Source of the DNA: Squalus acanthias
Lineage: Eukaryota
NCBI GenBank assembly: GCA_030390025.1
Contig: CM059433.1
Location: forward strand, 27,344,001-27,408,000
Length of the DNA stretch: 64,000 nucleotides
Direction of reading: 5' to 3'
Positions 12,641-24,213 of this stretch are shown here, piece by piece (the first letter of the stretch is position 1; every line of letters begins with the position of its first letter). Under the pieces are notes generated by a model. It was not told where the DNA came from. It did not search any database and was given only the letters and a program-made list of their open reading frames with translations. The position numbers and the translations under genes were made by a program.

Positions 12641-13430
12641 GGCCCAGAATTTGCTGGGAAAATAACAAAGGGTTTAATGCACACACTGTCTATCACGTTT
12701 CTCTCTCTCTGTCTCCCCTCACACATACAGACAGAATCTGCTTTAAAAAAACTCATAACCCAGCAATTCGTGGCAAGGAAGAGCTACCCCATGAGTTGTG
12801 AAACGCCAATAATTGCTGGACGATTTGCGCCGCTCCACCATTAGCCTCGCGAAAATGGCAGCTCACCGACAACTTCCCCATGAGTTTCAAGAAATTGCTG
12901 CAGTTGCACATTAATTATCAATTAAACTCGCCGCAGAACATTAGGGCTGGTACTTAACAGCATAAAGACCCTTTTAATTATGAGATTTATGTTCCTGCAA
13001 TGCCACTCAACCTCTACGGCCCATAAAGGGAACAATTAAAACTGAGGAGTCTCATTCTGTATATTGTTCTTAGAGATTTAAAAAATGTTAAATGTTACAT
13101 TTCAAAAAAAATTCTTCCTTTTCCTTTCTCTTTCTTAATCCAATCTTTCTTTCCCTCTCTATTTCTCTTTCTATACCTGATTTGACTTTAATTCATCCTA
13201 TTTCCTTCTCTGCCGTTCCTGTTTCTTTCTCAATCCTTAAATCTCATTGGTTAAGGAGATAGACTGTTCGTCCTGTCGTTCACCAAGATCCCAGATGCCC
13301 CATTGCCCTCATCGCACATCAGCTCACACTTCTAGCAACTGGCGGCGCAAAAAATTTTCGAGCTGAAAGGTGAGGGAAAAAATCTAATGGGGCACGCCGC
13401 AAGATGCCCCACTCCAGCAAATTCTGAGCC
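12641..13430. mobile_element. Non-autonomous DNA transposon/MITE (Harbinger-like)
   Basis: 17-bp TIRs ggcccagaatttgctgg / ccagcaaattctgagcc (1 mismatch); TSD not clear. Confidence 0.65.
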
Positions 13431-14290
13431 ATCATATTATAGATAGGCATACCAAACAAGGTTTGGATTTCACTTATTGTAAGAACTATTGAACAATGTA
13501 AATCAAAATCTGAAGATAATTAAAGCAGAAAACATTAAAGTTGGAAATTTAGAAGACAGGATATTGCAGCAAGTTAGCATATTTCCCTTTTACTTTTGAA
13601 ATTTGGATTTGATTTCTGTCCAGAATATTGAGATGAAAATCTCCTTTGTGACCTGTAAGATTCTTACATGAAATGAGTTTCAGCAGTCTTAACACAGTTC
13701 CTAGTCAACAAAGACCCATTGCACAAAACTACACTTAATTTGGCACAAATTGGTAGTCTTGCTTAGAAAGGCCAAAAGGATGACTTGTGTGGGAAATGGA
13801 AAAATTCATACTAGTGCAACATTGGGAATATTCTGAGATTGAGGCCAAGTTAAATTGTTGGAGTAGAGTAAATCTTTGCTCTGTAACTGACTCTGCTATA
13901 GTGGAACTGGGAGTGCTTAGTGATGAAAATATCTGAAAAGGGAAAGTATTGCATTTCCTAGCACTGACCTTTGATGAGTACCAAAAAAATAAAGTTGGGT
14001 ATTATAAGATAAGGTTCATCATATATATTTCCATTAAAGCAATTTGTGCTTGTACACATATCTTGTTTCAACGTCAAAGCCAAGAACTACTGAAAGAGGA
14101 AAAAAGTATCGGGAATTATTTTTTTTCTATATCTGTGTTTTTTTTGCATTGGCACAGTTGCATAAATGCTGTTTCCACCAGAACTAATGTACACTGAGGC
14201 CTGGAACTGGAAAAGTTTAAGAGTTTGTTCCAAAACATAGCTGAATATATTTTCACCTCCCTGGTAGCAGAAACACTGGGGTGTTATCAT

Positions 14291-14932
14291 TTTTTTCTAT
14301 TCATTCATGGGATGTGGGCGTCGCTGGCAAGGCCAGCATTTATTGCCCATCCCTAATTGCCATTGAGAAGGTGGTGGTGAGCCGCTTTCTTGAACCGCTA
14401 CAGTCTGTGTTGTAAAGGTACTCCCACAGTGATGTTAGGGAGGGAGTTCCAGGATTTTGACCCAGCGACGATGAAGGAACGGCAATACATTTCCAAGTCA
14501 GGATGGTGTGTGACTTGGAGGGGAACTTGCAGGTGGTGGTTTCCCATGCGCCTGCTGCCCTTGTCCTTCTAAGTGGCAGAGGTCGCGGATTTGGGAGGTG
14601 CTTTCAAAGAAGCCTTGGCGAGTTGCTGCAGTGCATCTTTTAGATGGTACACAATGTAGCCACGATGCGCCGGTGGTGGAGGGAGTGAATGTTTAGAGTG
14701 GTGGATAGGGTGCCAATCAAGCAGGTTGCTTTGTCCTGGATGGTGTCGAGCTTCTTGAATTTTGGTGGAGCTGCATTCATCCAGGCAAGTGGAGAGAATT
14801 CCATCACGCTACTGACTTGTGCCTTGTAGATGGTGGAAAGGCTTTGGGGAGTCAGGAGGTGAGACACTCGCCGCAGAATACCCAGCCTCTGACCTGCTCT
14901 TGTAGTCACAGTATTTATTTGGCTGGTCCAGT
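14291..14932 (-). mobile_element. 3' fragment of a CR1/L2-group LINE (same family as 44150-47200)
   Basis: Reverse-complement similarity to 46590-47200, including the tgggcaataaatgctggccttgccagcgacgcccacatccc tail. Confidence 0.8.
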
Positions 14933-15449
14933 CATTTGCACTATGCTAACAGAGAAAGTGGTGGAGAGAAAATGGGTAGTGTGGCCCACCTGCAGATTTC
15001 TAAATTTTCCTTACCAAAGCCTGAATACAATGCCAAGAAACATGGAGGAGTCCAGCACCAACATTGCACACAGCTTTGCACAGAGCTTGGAGCCCATCCT
15101 TTCCAGCATGGAAGTCATGGGCAGATCCATTAGCGCATTTGTGGACTCAACCATGATGCAGCGTTTGATGGCCGATGTCTCAGCTTCCATTGCAGCACAA
15201 GCAGAAGCCACTCAAGGTGTGAGTGCTGGAGTGGAAGCTCAGACTGAAGTCATGCAAGTTCAGCTTGTTGCCATACAAGCACAGACTGCTGTCATCATGG
15301 CTGTGGTTACCAGTGTTGAAAGGGGCTTGCAGGGTGTCACAGCAGTCCAGCAATCTGTCCTCCAACAGATTACTACGACTGCTGAGGCGCCGCACCGGTA
15401 GAGTGGCAGTAGCTCCGTGGAGCACAAACCTGCTGTCCTCTCTCAGGAT

Positions 15450-15549
15450 AATGTGGAGATGCCGGTGTTGGACTGGGGTGGACAAATGTGAGAAGTCGCA
15501 CAACACCAGGTTATTGGACTATAACCTGGTGTTGTGCGACTTCTCACAT
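15450..15549 (-). mobile_element. 100-bp hairpin Penelope-like insertion
   Basis: 12-bp TSD ctctctcaggat (15438-15449, 15550-15561); internal ~29-bp inverted repeat; same terminus as the 10396 and 39232 copies. Confidence 0.75.
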
Positions 15550-16023
15550 CTCTCTCAGGATGACAGCATTCGTCCTCCCACCATTGCCACTCCGCCAGTG
15601 CCCTTGCTGTTGCCTGTCAGCCAGCCAGCTCAGACTGCTGCCATCCATGCCGAGGTGGTGCAGTCTAAAGCCAGGCCTTCTAGGCCCAGAGCTAATCGAG
15701 GTCATCCTGCAAGGCCATCTGCAGTCTCCCCACTGAAAGTCAGCAGCCTTCCACCAGCCATGCTGCCGACACTGGGTTAGCACTGCGTAGCAGCACTAGG
15801 ACAGGCAAAGGCACACGCAAGTCAGGCATTAAGGGAACGCACAAGGGTGATTAGTCGACTTTGTTATGTAATATTGGATGGATTGATGTATAAAGTTGGT
15901 TTTGAATGTTTGTTTAATGGCTGCTTTTATTGTAGTATTGTGGTCAAGAGGACACTGTAATGGTTCGTAACTGAGGGAAGATAAGGTGTGAGACTGTGCG
16001 TGAATGGGGAATTGGGGTTGCGT

Positions 16024-17169
16024 TCACTGGTACTGCAGTCGGATCAGTTGATCATGGGCAGCCTGGCCAGAAAGGGGCTGGCTTGGATGCCTTCTCCCTT
16101 CCTCTTCCTCCTCCTCTTCCTCCTCCTCAGCTCTTCGCCGTATACCTGGTGGCAAAAGCTGTGCCCTCAAGATAGCGAGGTTGTGCAGCATGCAGCAGAC
16201 CACCATGAATCTTGAGATGCTCTCTGGCGAGTACTGCAGGGCTCCTCCAGAGTGATCCAGGCAGCGGAAGTGTTATTTAAGGACCCCAATGGTCTGCTCA
16301 ATCACATTCTATGTGGCACCATGGCTTTCATTATCTGCATGCTGCCCACGTGTGGTTGGGTTGCGCACCAGAGTCATGAGCCAGGTGGTCAGTGGATTGC
16401 CCTTGTCACCCAGTAGCCACCCTCTGGTTTGTCATAGTGGATCACATGCAGATGGTACAGCGGATGCCGCAGAATAAGTGCATCATGGCTGCTGCCAGGA
16501 TACCGAGCATTGACTTGCATGATGCGCTGAGTATGGTCACACACCCGCTGGACATTGAGGAAGTGGAATCCCTTCCAGTTGCTGTACATTTCCGAGTTCA
16601 CATGTGGTGCCCGCAAAGCAATGTGTGTGCAGTCAATGGCACCCTGCGCGATGGGGAAGCCTGCTATCCTGTCGAAGCCGCGTGCTCGCTCCATGTGCTT
16701 CTCTCTGGCAAGAGAGAATGAAATGTATTCACCTTGCTATGCATACAGAGCCTCAATGACCTCCCTTATGCAACGGTGAATGGCAAACTGTGAGATTTTA
16801 GAAATGTTGCCTGCTCCAGCCTGGAAGGAGCCCAATGCACAAAAATTCATGGCAATACTCACCTTCACAGCCACTGGCAATGCTGTCCTAGCCCTGCTGA
16901 GGCTGTAGGTCTGCCTGCAACAGGTGATAGATTTCAACGAGCACCTCCTTAGTGAAGCGGAGACATTGCGTGCACTGTTCCTCACGGAAGTTTTGCTCCC
17001 TGAAGGAGAATTGCTCCCTGAAGACCCTGGGTGGATATGGCCTCCTGCTGAGAGCCCTTCTCCTTCTCCTCCTCCTCACTCTTCGAGCAGCTTGTCCTCC
17101 TCTGTGTTGCCTCTGCTTATTCTCTCTATCATGCTGCAGGAGAACAGGGATACAAACTACAGCACCCAT
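16024..17169 (-). pseudogene. HARBI1-like DDE transposase pseudogene
   Basis: [31 protein letters not shown] motifs and an acidic tail, spread across several frames. Confidence 0.85.
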
Positions 17170-17667
17170 GTCTGGGAGCAACTGGTCTGAGCAGAAGCCT
17201 TGAAGTAACCTGCATACCACTCCCTTGAGACTTCAGCAACTTCAAATAAGACATCAAACCAAAAAACACCTCTACAAACTCACCAAGAGCCAGTAGAAAT
17301 CAATCAGCAACTAACATGAAAGCAGGTGATGATCCCTTTAAATATGGCTGGTGGGGGGGTCCTTCCTGCTGCTGAATGCATGTTCAGCTGTGGGAGGTTA
17401 AGAGAGGGCGTTAGCTCCAGTGTTGAGGATGAAAATGGCACCGCTGACGTTGCACGGTAATTGACATCACGATCTGCATACTCTATACTTCCGGCACACA
17501 CTCCCTGCGCCGTCGCAAACAACCTCACCAAAATGCCGTCCGGCGTACCCTGCACCAGAAGTCTGTGCACGCAGACGCCAATTTTTTTAAAAACAGTAGC
17601 GTTGAATTTCCAGGCGTTAGTTCTTCAGAATCTAATTACAGAGAATGCAAAGAAGCTTACGTTCTTA

Positions 17668-19740
17668 GGGGAAAAATTCGGTTGGCTTGCGCCTCCCATT
17701 AGCGCCCTAAGCGCCCAGGGTATTCCGGGAACAATTCTCCTACATTAATTTGTCTGAGGAGCAGTGTTTGCGCAGGCTGCGCTTCAGCAAGGAGGTGGTC
17801 ACTGAGCTCTGCCACCTGCTGCAGCCAGATCTGCAGCCTCTACTGAGGACCAGGACGTCACTGTCGTTGGCAGTGAAGGTCACAGTAGCTCTGAACTTTT
17901 ATGCCACCGGCTCCTTTCAAGCAGCTACTGGGGACATCGCCAATATCTCCCAGTTCGCGGTCCATTGCTGTATCCGTCAGGTCACAAATGCCCTCTATAA
18001 ACGGAGACGCCAGTACATCTCTTTCCCGATGACCCGGACCAAACAGCATGAACGCGCATTGGGCTTTGCGAGGATAGCGGGCTTCCCCATGGTGCAGGGC
18101 TGCACGCATGTGGCATTGCGGGCACCGCAAGAGAATGCAGAGGTTTTCTGAAACCGCAAGGGGTTCCACTCTTTAAACGTCCAGTTGGTCTGTGACCACA
18201 GACAGCTGATACTCGCTGTCATGCCCACTATCCTGGCAGCAGCCACGATGCTTTCATCCTGCGCCAGACTGCTGTGCCAGAACTTTTCCAGGCACCGCAT
18301 CAGCCAAGTGGTTGGCTCCTCGGGGACAAGGGTTATCCACTGTGCACCTGGCTGATGACACTGCTCCGTAACCCCAACACCACTGCTGAGCTGCGGTACA
18401 ATGAGAGTCATCTCGCCACCAAGAACATCGTTGAGCAGATGATCGGCGTGCTCAAGCAACGGTTCCGCTGTCTGGACCACTCAGGAGCCCTGCAGTACTC
18501 GCCTGAGCGAGTCTCCCTCTTCATAGTTGTGTGCTGCATGCTTCATAACCTGGCAATCCTCAGGACCCAGCCAATGCCACCAGGCCTTGGAGCACCACCG
18601 GAGGAGGAGGAGGAAGAAGAGGAGGAAGAGGAGGAGGAAGAGGAGGAGGATGATCAGCAGCAGCACCAAGGCGGGAGGGAGGCCCACAATGTTGAAACTG
18701 CAAGGGCCGTCCGTCAACGACTGATAACAAGCCGCTTCTAGGCCCCTACTGAGGAAATGGCTTCTGGCATGGAGAACAACATGAATGAAAGCAACCCGCA
18801 ACCCCAAAGCCAGCCAAGGCAGCAATGATTCCAAAGGCCAAACCTGTACATTTTGAATACAAAAACTTTTTTATTTTACAAACTCTGTGTGTGTCATTTC
18901 TTCATGACAAACTAATAGAAACAAACACAAAAAATCATTCATTAACATAACTGGTTCTCACAACCTGGAGATAATGTCCAAAACACTAAACAAAAGTTTG
19001 AACACGAACCTCAGCCTTTAATAAAAAATTTACCAACATTTCGTCACACCTCCTACTTTTTGCCCTTCGAGGGTGATCTCCTTTCCTTGCGCACTTCCCC
19101 CCTTCCCACCCTACTGCTCCTCCGTAATGGGGCCCCGGTGGCTGCAGCAAGGCTGTTGGAAGGCTGCTGATTGTCAGAGACTACAGATGCCCTTGAAGGA
19201 CAGCCTCGACCAGCTCTGGGCCTGGAGGGCCCGGCTGCAGACTGCACCAACTCTGCATGGGCGGCAGCAGTCTGGGCTACAGGCGGTGGCAAGTGCAATG
19301 GGGAAGTGACAGTAGTGGCAGCAGGAATGCTGTCATCTTGAGAGAAGACAGCAACTCCCTGCTCGACCGACACACTGGCACTCCCACGGGGCAGCACCTC
19401 AGCATCCGGAGCAATCTGCTGGTGCACAGATTGCTGGCCTGCTGCGGCGCGGTGAGAGCCCCGGGGAAATGTGTCCGAACCAGCGAGAATGGCAGCAGTC
19501 AGTGCTTGCGTGGCCTCAATCTGAGTCTGCATGAGACCAGTCTGAGATTGGATCACGGCAGCCAGTGACTGAATTACAGCACTAAGCATTAGCGTGGCAT
19601 CCGCCTGTGCTACAGCGTAGTGCTCCACACTCCTTGCCAGTGCATCAATGCAATCGGGCACCCTTCCCACTGCACCCATGAGCTGAGTGTGCATGTTCAC
19701 CGCCTGGGTGTTCATTTCATCGATGAGCCGCACCTCCTCT
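17668..19740 (+). mobile_element. Deleted PIF/Harbinger transposon, family A
   Basis: Left TIR ggggaaaaatt after TTA; internal deletion near 17715; transposase remnant 17750-18741 (premature TGA, AID of the GAIDCTH motif deleted); ORF2 last exon on minus 19053-19733; inverted homolog of 28580-31234. Confidence 0.85.
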
Positions 19741-19854
19741 GGAGGAGATGCCGTCCAGCCTCAGCAGGTGCATTCCGCTCAGCTCGTTAGTAACGGAGAA
19801 AAGGAAAAGCGAGAGCTAGTACGGCCCTCAACACCATCGGTCTCATCAGCTCCA

Positions 19855-20925
19855 GTGGCACTTTACCAACTTTAGTGACATTTTACCAACCTCAGTATAA
19901 TTCTACCAACCTCAGTGACAGTTTACTGACTTCAGTAAAACTCTACCAACCTCGGCAACAGTCTACCAACCTTAGTGACAGTTTAACAACCTCAGTGACA
20001 GTCTACTAACCTCAGTATAACTCTACCAGCCTCAGCAAAAGTCTACCAAGCTTAGTAACACTTTACCAACCTTAGTGACATTTTACCAACCTCAGTATAA
20101 TTCTACCAACCTCAGTGACAGTTTACTAACCTCAGTGACAATCTACTAACTTCAGTATAACTCTACCAACCTCGGTGACGGTTTACTAACCTCAGTGGCA
20201 GTCTACCAACCTCAGTGACAGTTTACTAACCTCAGTGACAGTCTACTAACCTCAGTAACTGTTAACCAACCTCAGTGACAGTCTACCAACCTCTGTGACA
20301 GTTTAGCAACCTCAGTGACTGTTAACTAACTTCAGTGACTGTTAACCAACCTCAGCGACAGTTTACTAACCTCAGTGACAGTTTACTAACCTCAGTGACA
20401 GTTTACCAACCTCAGTATAACTCTACCAACCTCAGTGACAGTCCGCCAACCTCAGTGACTGTTAACCAACCTCAGTGACAGTTTACTAACCTCAGTGACT
20501 GTTAACCAACCTCAGTGACAGTCTACCAACCTCTGTGACAGTTTACCAACCTCAGTGACTGTTAACTAACTTCAGTGACTGTTAACCAACCTCAGCGACA
20601 GTTTACTAACCTCAGTGACAGTTTACTAACCTCAGTGACAGTTTACCAACCTCAGTATAACTCTACCAACCTCAGTGACAGTCCGCCAACCTCAGTGACT
20701 GTTAACCAACCTCAGTGACAGTTTACTAACCTCAGTGACTGTTAACCAACCTCAGTGACAGTTTACTAACCTCAGTGACTGTTAACCAACCTCAGTGACA
20801 GTTTACTAACCTCAGTGACTGTTAACCAGCCTCAGTAACAGTTTACTAACCTCAGTGACAGTTTACCAACCTCAGCAACAGTCTACTAACTTAAGCAGAA
20901 CTCTACCAACCTCAGAGACAGTCTC
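19855..20925. repeat. 20-bp-unit minisatellite (~53 units) with a 240-bp higher-order repeat
   Basis: Consensus acagtttaccaacctcagtg; 20281-20520 repeats at 20521-20760 with one mismatch. Confidence 0.95.
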
Positions 20926-21282
20926 AACTTCATGATAGTTAAGTAAGTAAAACAAAAATAATAATAAACATATATGTTTAATTGTATAACTAATTTTATA
21001 CAGAAAAAATACTTGTGTTGTGTTACAGGGGTCCGTGGAATTTTTATAACACAGGCGGGGGCCTCAGAAGTAAAAAGGTTGAGAACCTTTGCTTGAAATA
21101 ATCAGTCCCAACTTTATAAGAGTATATCCTATTGCAGCAATGTGAAATTTCTATGTCTCACAATTTCTATCCTTATGACATCTCAGTAAAATTAAATTCA
21201 ATGAATGCAACTTTGCTTTAATCTTCAATTGTACTTCATTGCTATGTAAGCACAGTTCTAGCAAATCCTTTTTTTCTCCTCA

Positions 21283-21920
21283 AACAACAACTACTTGCAT
21301 TTATATAGCACCTTTAATGTAGTAAATGCCCAAGACGCTTCACAGGAGCATTATCAAATGAAATACTTTTGGAGTGTAGTCACTGTTGTAATGTGAGAAA
21401 CATGGCAACCAATTTGCGCACAGCAAGGTCCCACAAACAGCAATGTGATAATGACCAGATAATCTGTTTTTTGTTATGTTGATTGAGAGATAAATATTGA
21501 CCAGGACACCGGGAATAACTTCCCAGCTCCTCTTCAAAATAATGCCTTGGGATCTTTTACATCCACCTGAGAGAGCAGACAGGACCTCGGTTTAACATCT
21601 CATCCAAATGACGGCACCTCCGACAGTGCAGCACTCGAGTGTCAACCTAGATTTATATATACTCAAGTCCCTGGCATGGGACTTGAGACCCACAACCTTC
21701 TTACTCAGAGACAAGTGTGCTACCCACTGAGCCAAAGCTGACAGGTGATCAAAAGCTTGGATGAAGAGATAGGTTTTAAGGAGCGTCCTAAAGGAGGAGA
21801 GAGGTAGAGAGAGGTTTAGAGAGGGAATTCCAGATATAGGGCCTAGGCAGTTGAAGGCATAGCTGCCAATGGTGGGCCGAAGAAAATCGGGGACACGCAA
21901 GATGCCAGAATTGAACAATA
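21283..21920 (-). mobile_element. DeuSINE-like copy plus adjacent L2 remnant; second partial copy at ~22120-22365
   Basis: Reverse-complement similarity to 4665-5090 and to the L2 3' region at 38956-39220. Confidence 0.6.
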
Positions 21921-23147
21921 CATTTCATTGTTGTTTGAGGAGAAACAAAGCCAAAAATTATGATTTGGCTATGGGTGACTGGATATTGTTGCAAGTTATA
22001 AACTGGCTTTTCAACTTTAGTATACTTATTTGCATGGTGTATCTTGGGGAAGACAGCAAACTGTTACTGCCTGTCCAGTTGTTGTTGCTATAACTGCATA
22101 AGGAGTGCACAGTAAAGTGCATTATCAAATGAAATACTTTTGGAGTGTAGTCACTGTTGTAATGTGGGAAACGTGGCAGCCAATATGCACACAGTAAGGT
22201 CCCACAAACAGCAATGTGATAATGACCAGATAGTCTGTTTTTTGTTATGTTGATTGAGAGATAAATATTGGCCAGGACACCGGGAATAACTTCCCAACTC
22301 TTCTTCAAAATAGTGCCTTGGGATCTTTTACGTCCACCTGAGAGAGCAGACGGGGCCTCGGACTAATGTCCCCCATGAGTATCTGAAAGTTCATTGTGAC
22401 ATAAACGTTGAGCGTTGTGGAGGCACTGACTGCTGCTGATAGAGCAAAATGGATAGCCGGCTGTCTCTGCTGGCTTTTTTAATCAGATGGCACACATCAA
22501 TCGCCACCTCTCTCCTGAGCCTGAGCTTTCTCACCCACTGTTCCAGCACCATGTCAAGGTAGCTGATTCTGTTGTAGACGGAGTGCAGATCGGAACAGAG
22601 TGTTAAACTGCAAGTTTGGTGAGTGAGGGAGTAAATCTTAAAGGTTAATCTCTTATTTTTATAAATTCTAGTCTTGTGTTCTATGCAATTAGCATTTAAA
22701 TTTACTGTTTCAAGTTTTAAGTTTCTTCCAGGCTTGGGCAGGGCTAAGCAAGCTCTGTGCTGGAGAGCAGGTGAGAGTAATTAATTAATTAAGTGGTCCA
22801 ATCTGGTTCTGTAACTGCCAGAGAGCTCACTTATTTAAATCTCAGCAGTATAAATAAGGGAGGCTAGAGTGCAGTTTGTCACAGAGTGCAGATTGGAACA
22901 GAGTGTTAAACTGCAAGTTTGGTGAGTGAGCGAGCCTTTCTTTTTCCATCTTTGTCAGCTTCCAGGAGAGCAGGAGCTAAAAAGTTGCACAAGAGGGGAC
23001 AGAGAACCAGCGGTCAGTATTTCTACATTCTAGTCATTAAAGTAAAAGTAAGGTCTCTAGTTTGGAGTAAGTAGTGTTTAAAGGGAAGTAAGGTCCCTAG
23101 TGTATTTAATATTCTTTAATTTAAAGGGAGTAAATTAAGGGTAGGAC

Positions 23148-24094
23148 ATGGCAGGGCAGCTCGGCAACGTGGAGTGCTCCTCCTGTGCTATGTTGGAAGT
23201 CAGGGACACTTTAGGCGTCCAGGGCGAAGACATGTGCAGGAAGTGTCTCCAGCTGCAGCTACTCGAAATCCGTGTTTCAGAGCTGGAGCTGTGGCTGGAG
23301 TCACTGTGGAGCATCCACGAAGCTGAGATCTTCGTGGATAGCACGTTTAACAAGGTGGTCACACCGCAGGTAAAGAGTGCACAGGCAGACAGGGAATGGG
23401 TGACCACCAGAGTAAAAGAACTAGGAAGGTAGTGCAGAAGTCCCCTGGGTCCATCTCCCTCTCTGACAGATTTTCTGTTTTGGATACTGATGGGGGAGAG
23501 GGTTTCTCAGGGGAATGCAGCAAGAGCCAAGTCCATGGCACTACGACTGGCTCAGCTGCACAGGAGGGGAGGAAAAAGCGTGGGAGAGCAATAGTGATAG
23601 GGGATTCTATCGTAAGGGGAACAGATAGACATTTCTATGGCCGCAGACGTGACTCCAGGATGATATGTTGCCTCCCTGGTGCCAGGGTCAAGGATGTCAC
23701 TGAACAGCTGCAGGGCATTCTGAAGGGGGAGGGTGAACAGTCAGAGGTCGTGGTTCACATTGGTACCAACGACATGGGTAGAAAGAGGGATGAGGTCCTG
23801 CAACAAGAATTTTGGGAGCTAGGTAGCAGATTAAAAAGCAGGACCTCAAAGGCTGTAATCTCTGGATTACTCCCGGTGCCACGTGCTAGTGAGTATAGGA
23901 ATAGAAGGATAGAGCAGATGAATGCGTGGCTAAAGAGTTGGTGCAGGAGGGAGGGCTTTAGTTTCCTGGATCACTGGGTCTGCTTCTGGGGAAGGTGGGA
24001 CCTGTACAAGTCAGAAGGGTTGCACCTGAACCGGAACGGGACCAATATCCTTGCGGGGAGGTTTGCTAGTACTGTTGGGGGGGGTTTAAACTAA
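23148..24094 (+). pseudogene. CR1 ORF1 (zinc finger/leucine zipper + SGNH esterase), one frameshift
   Basis: CSSC...CRKC-LQLQLLE; IVIGDSIVRG, PGARVKD, HIGTND and GLHLN esterase blocks. Confidence 0.85.
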
Positions 24095-24213
24095 CTTAGC
24101 AGGGGGATGGGATACGGAGTGGAGCTATAGTCGGGGGTGATGCACAGCCAAATATAGAGGAAAAGACAAGTCAGCCTGGAAGGCAGAGCAAATATGTAAC
24201 GGCACAAAGGAGT

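Larger units (their letters stand above)
14935..17615 (-). mobile_element. Truncated PIF/Harbinger transposon, family B
   Basis: Fragmented transposase on minus (16024-17169) and a convergent ORF2 last exon on plus (~15000-15850); possible end gaatttccaggc; left end missing. Confidence 0.8.

Noticed and set aside
19855..20925. CRISPR-like regular array
   Set aside because: Contiguous 20-bp units with no unique spacers, no cas genes, and a vertebrate context.
23396..24094. SGNH esterase as a captured cellular enzyme
   Set aside because: It is a known normal component of CR1 ORF1.
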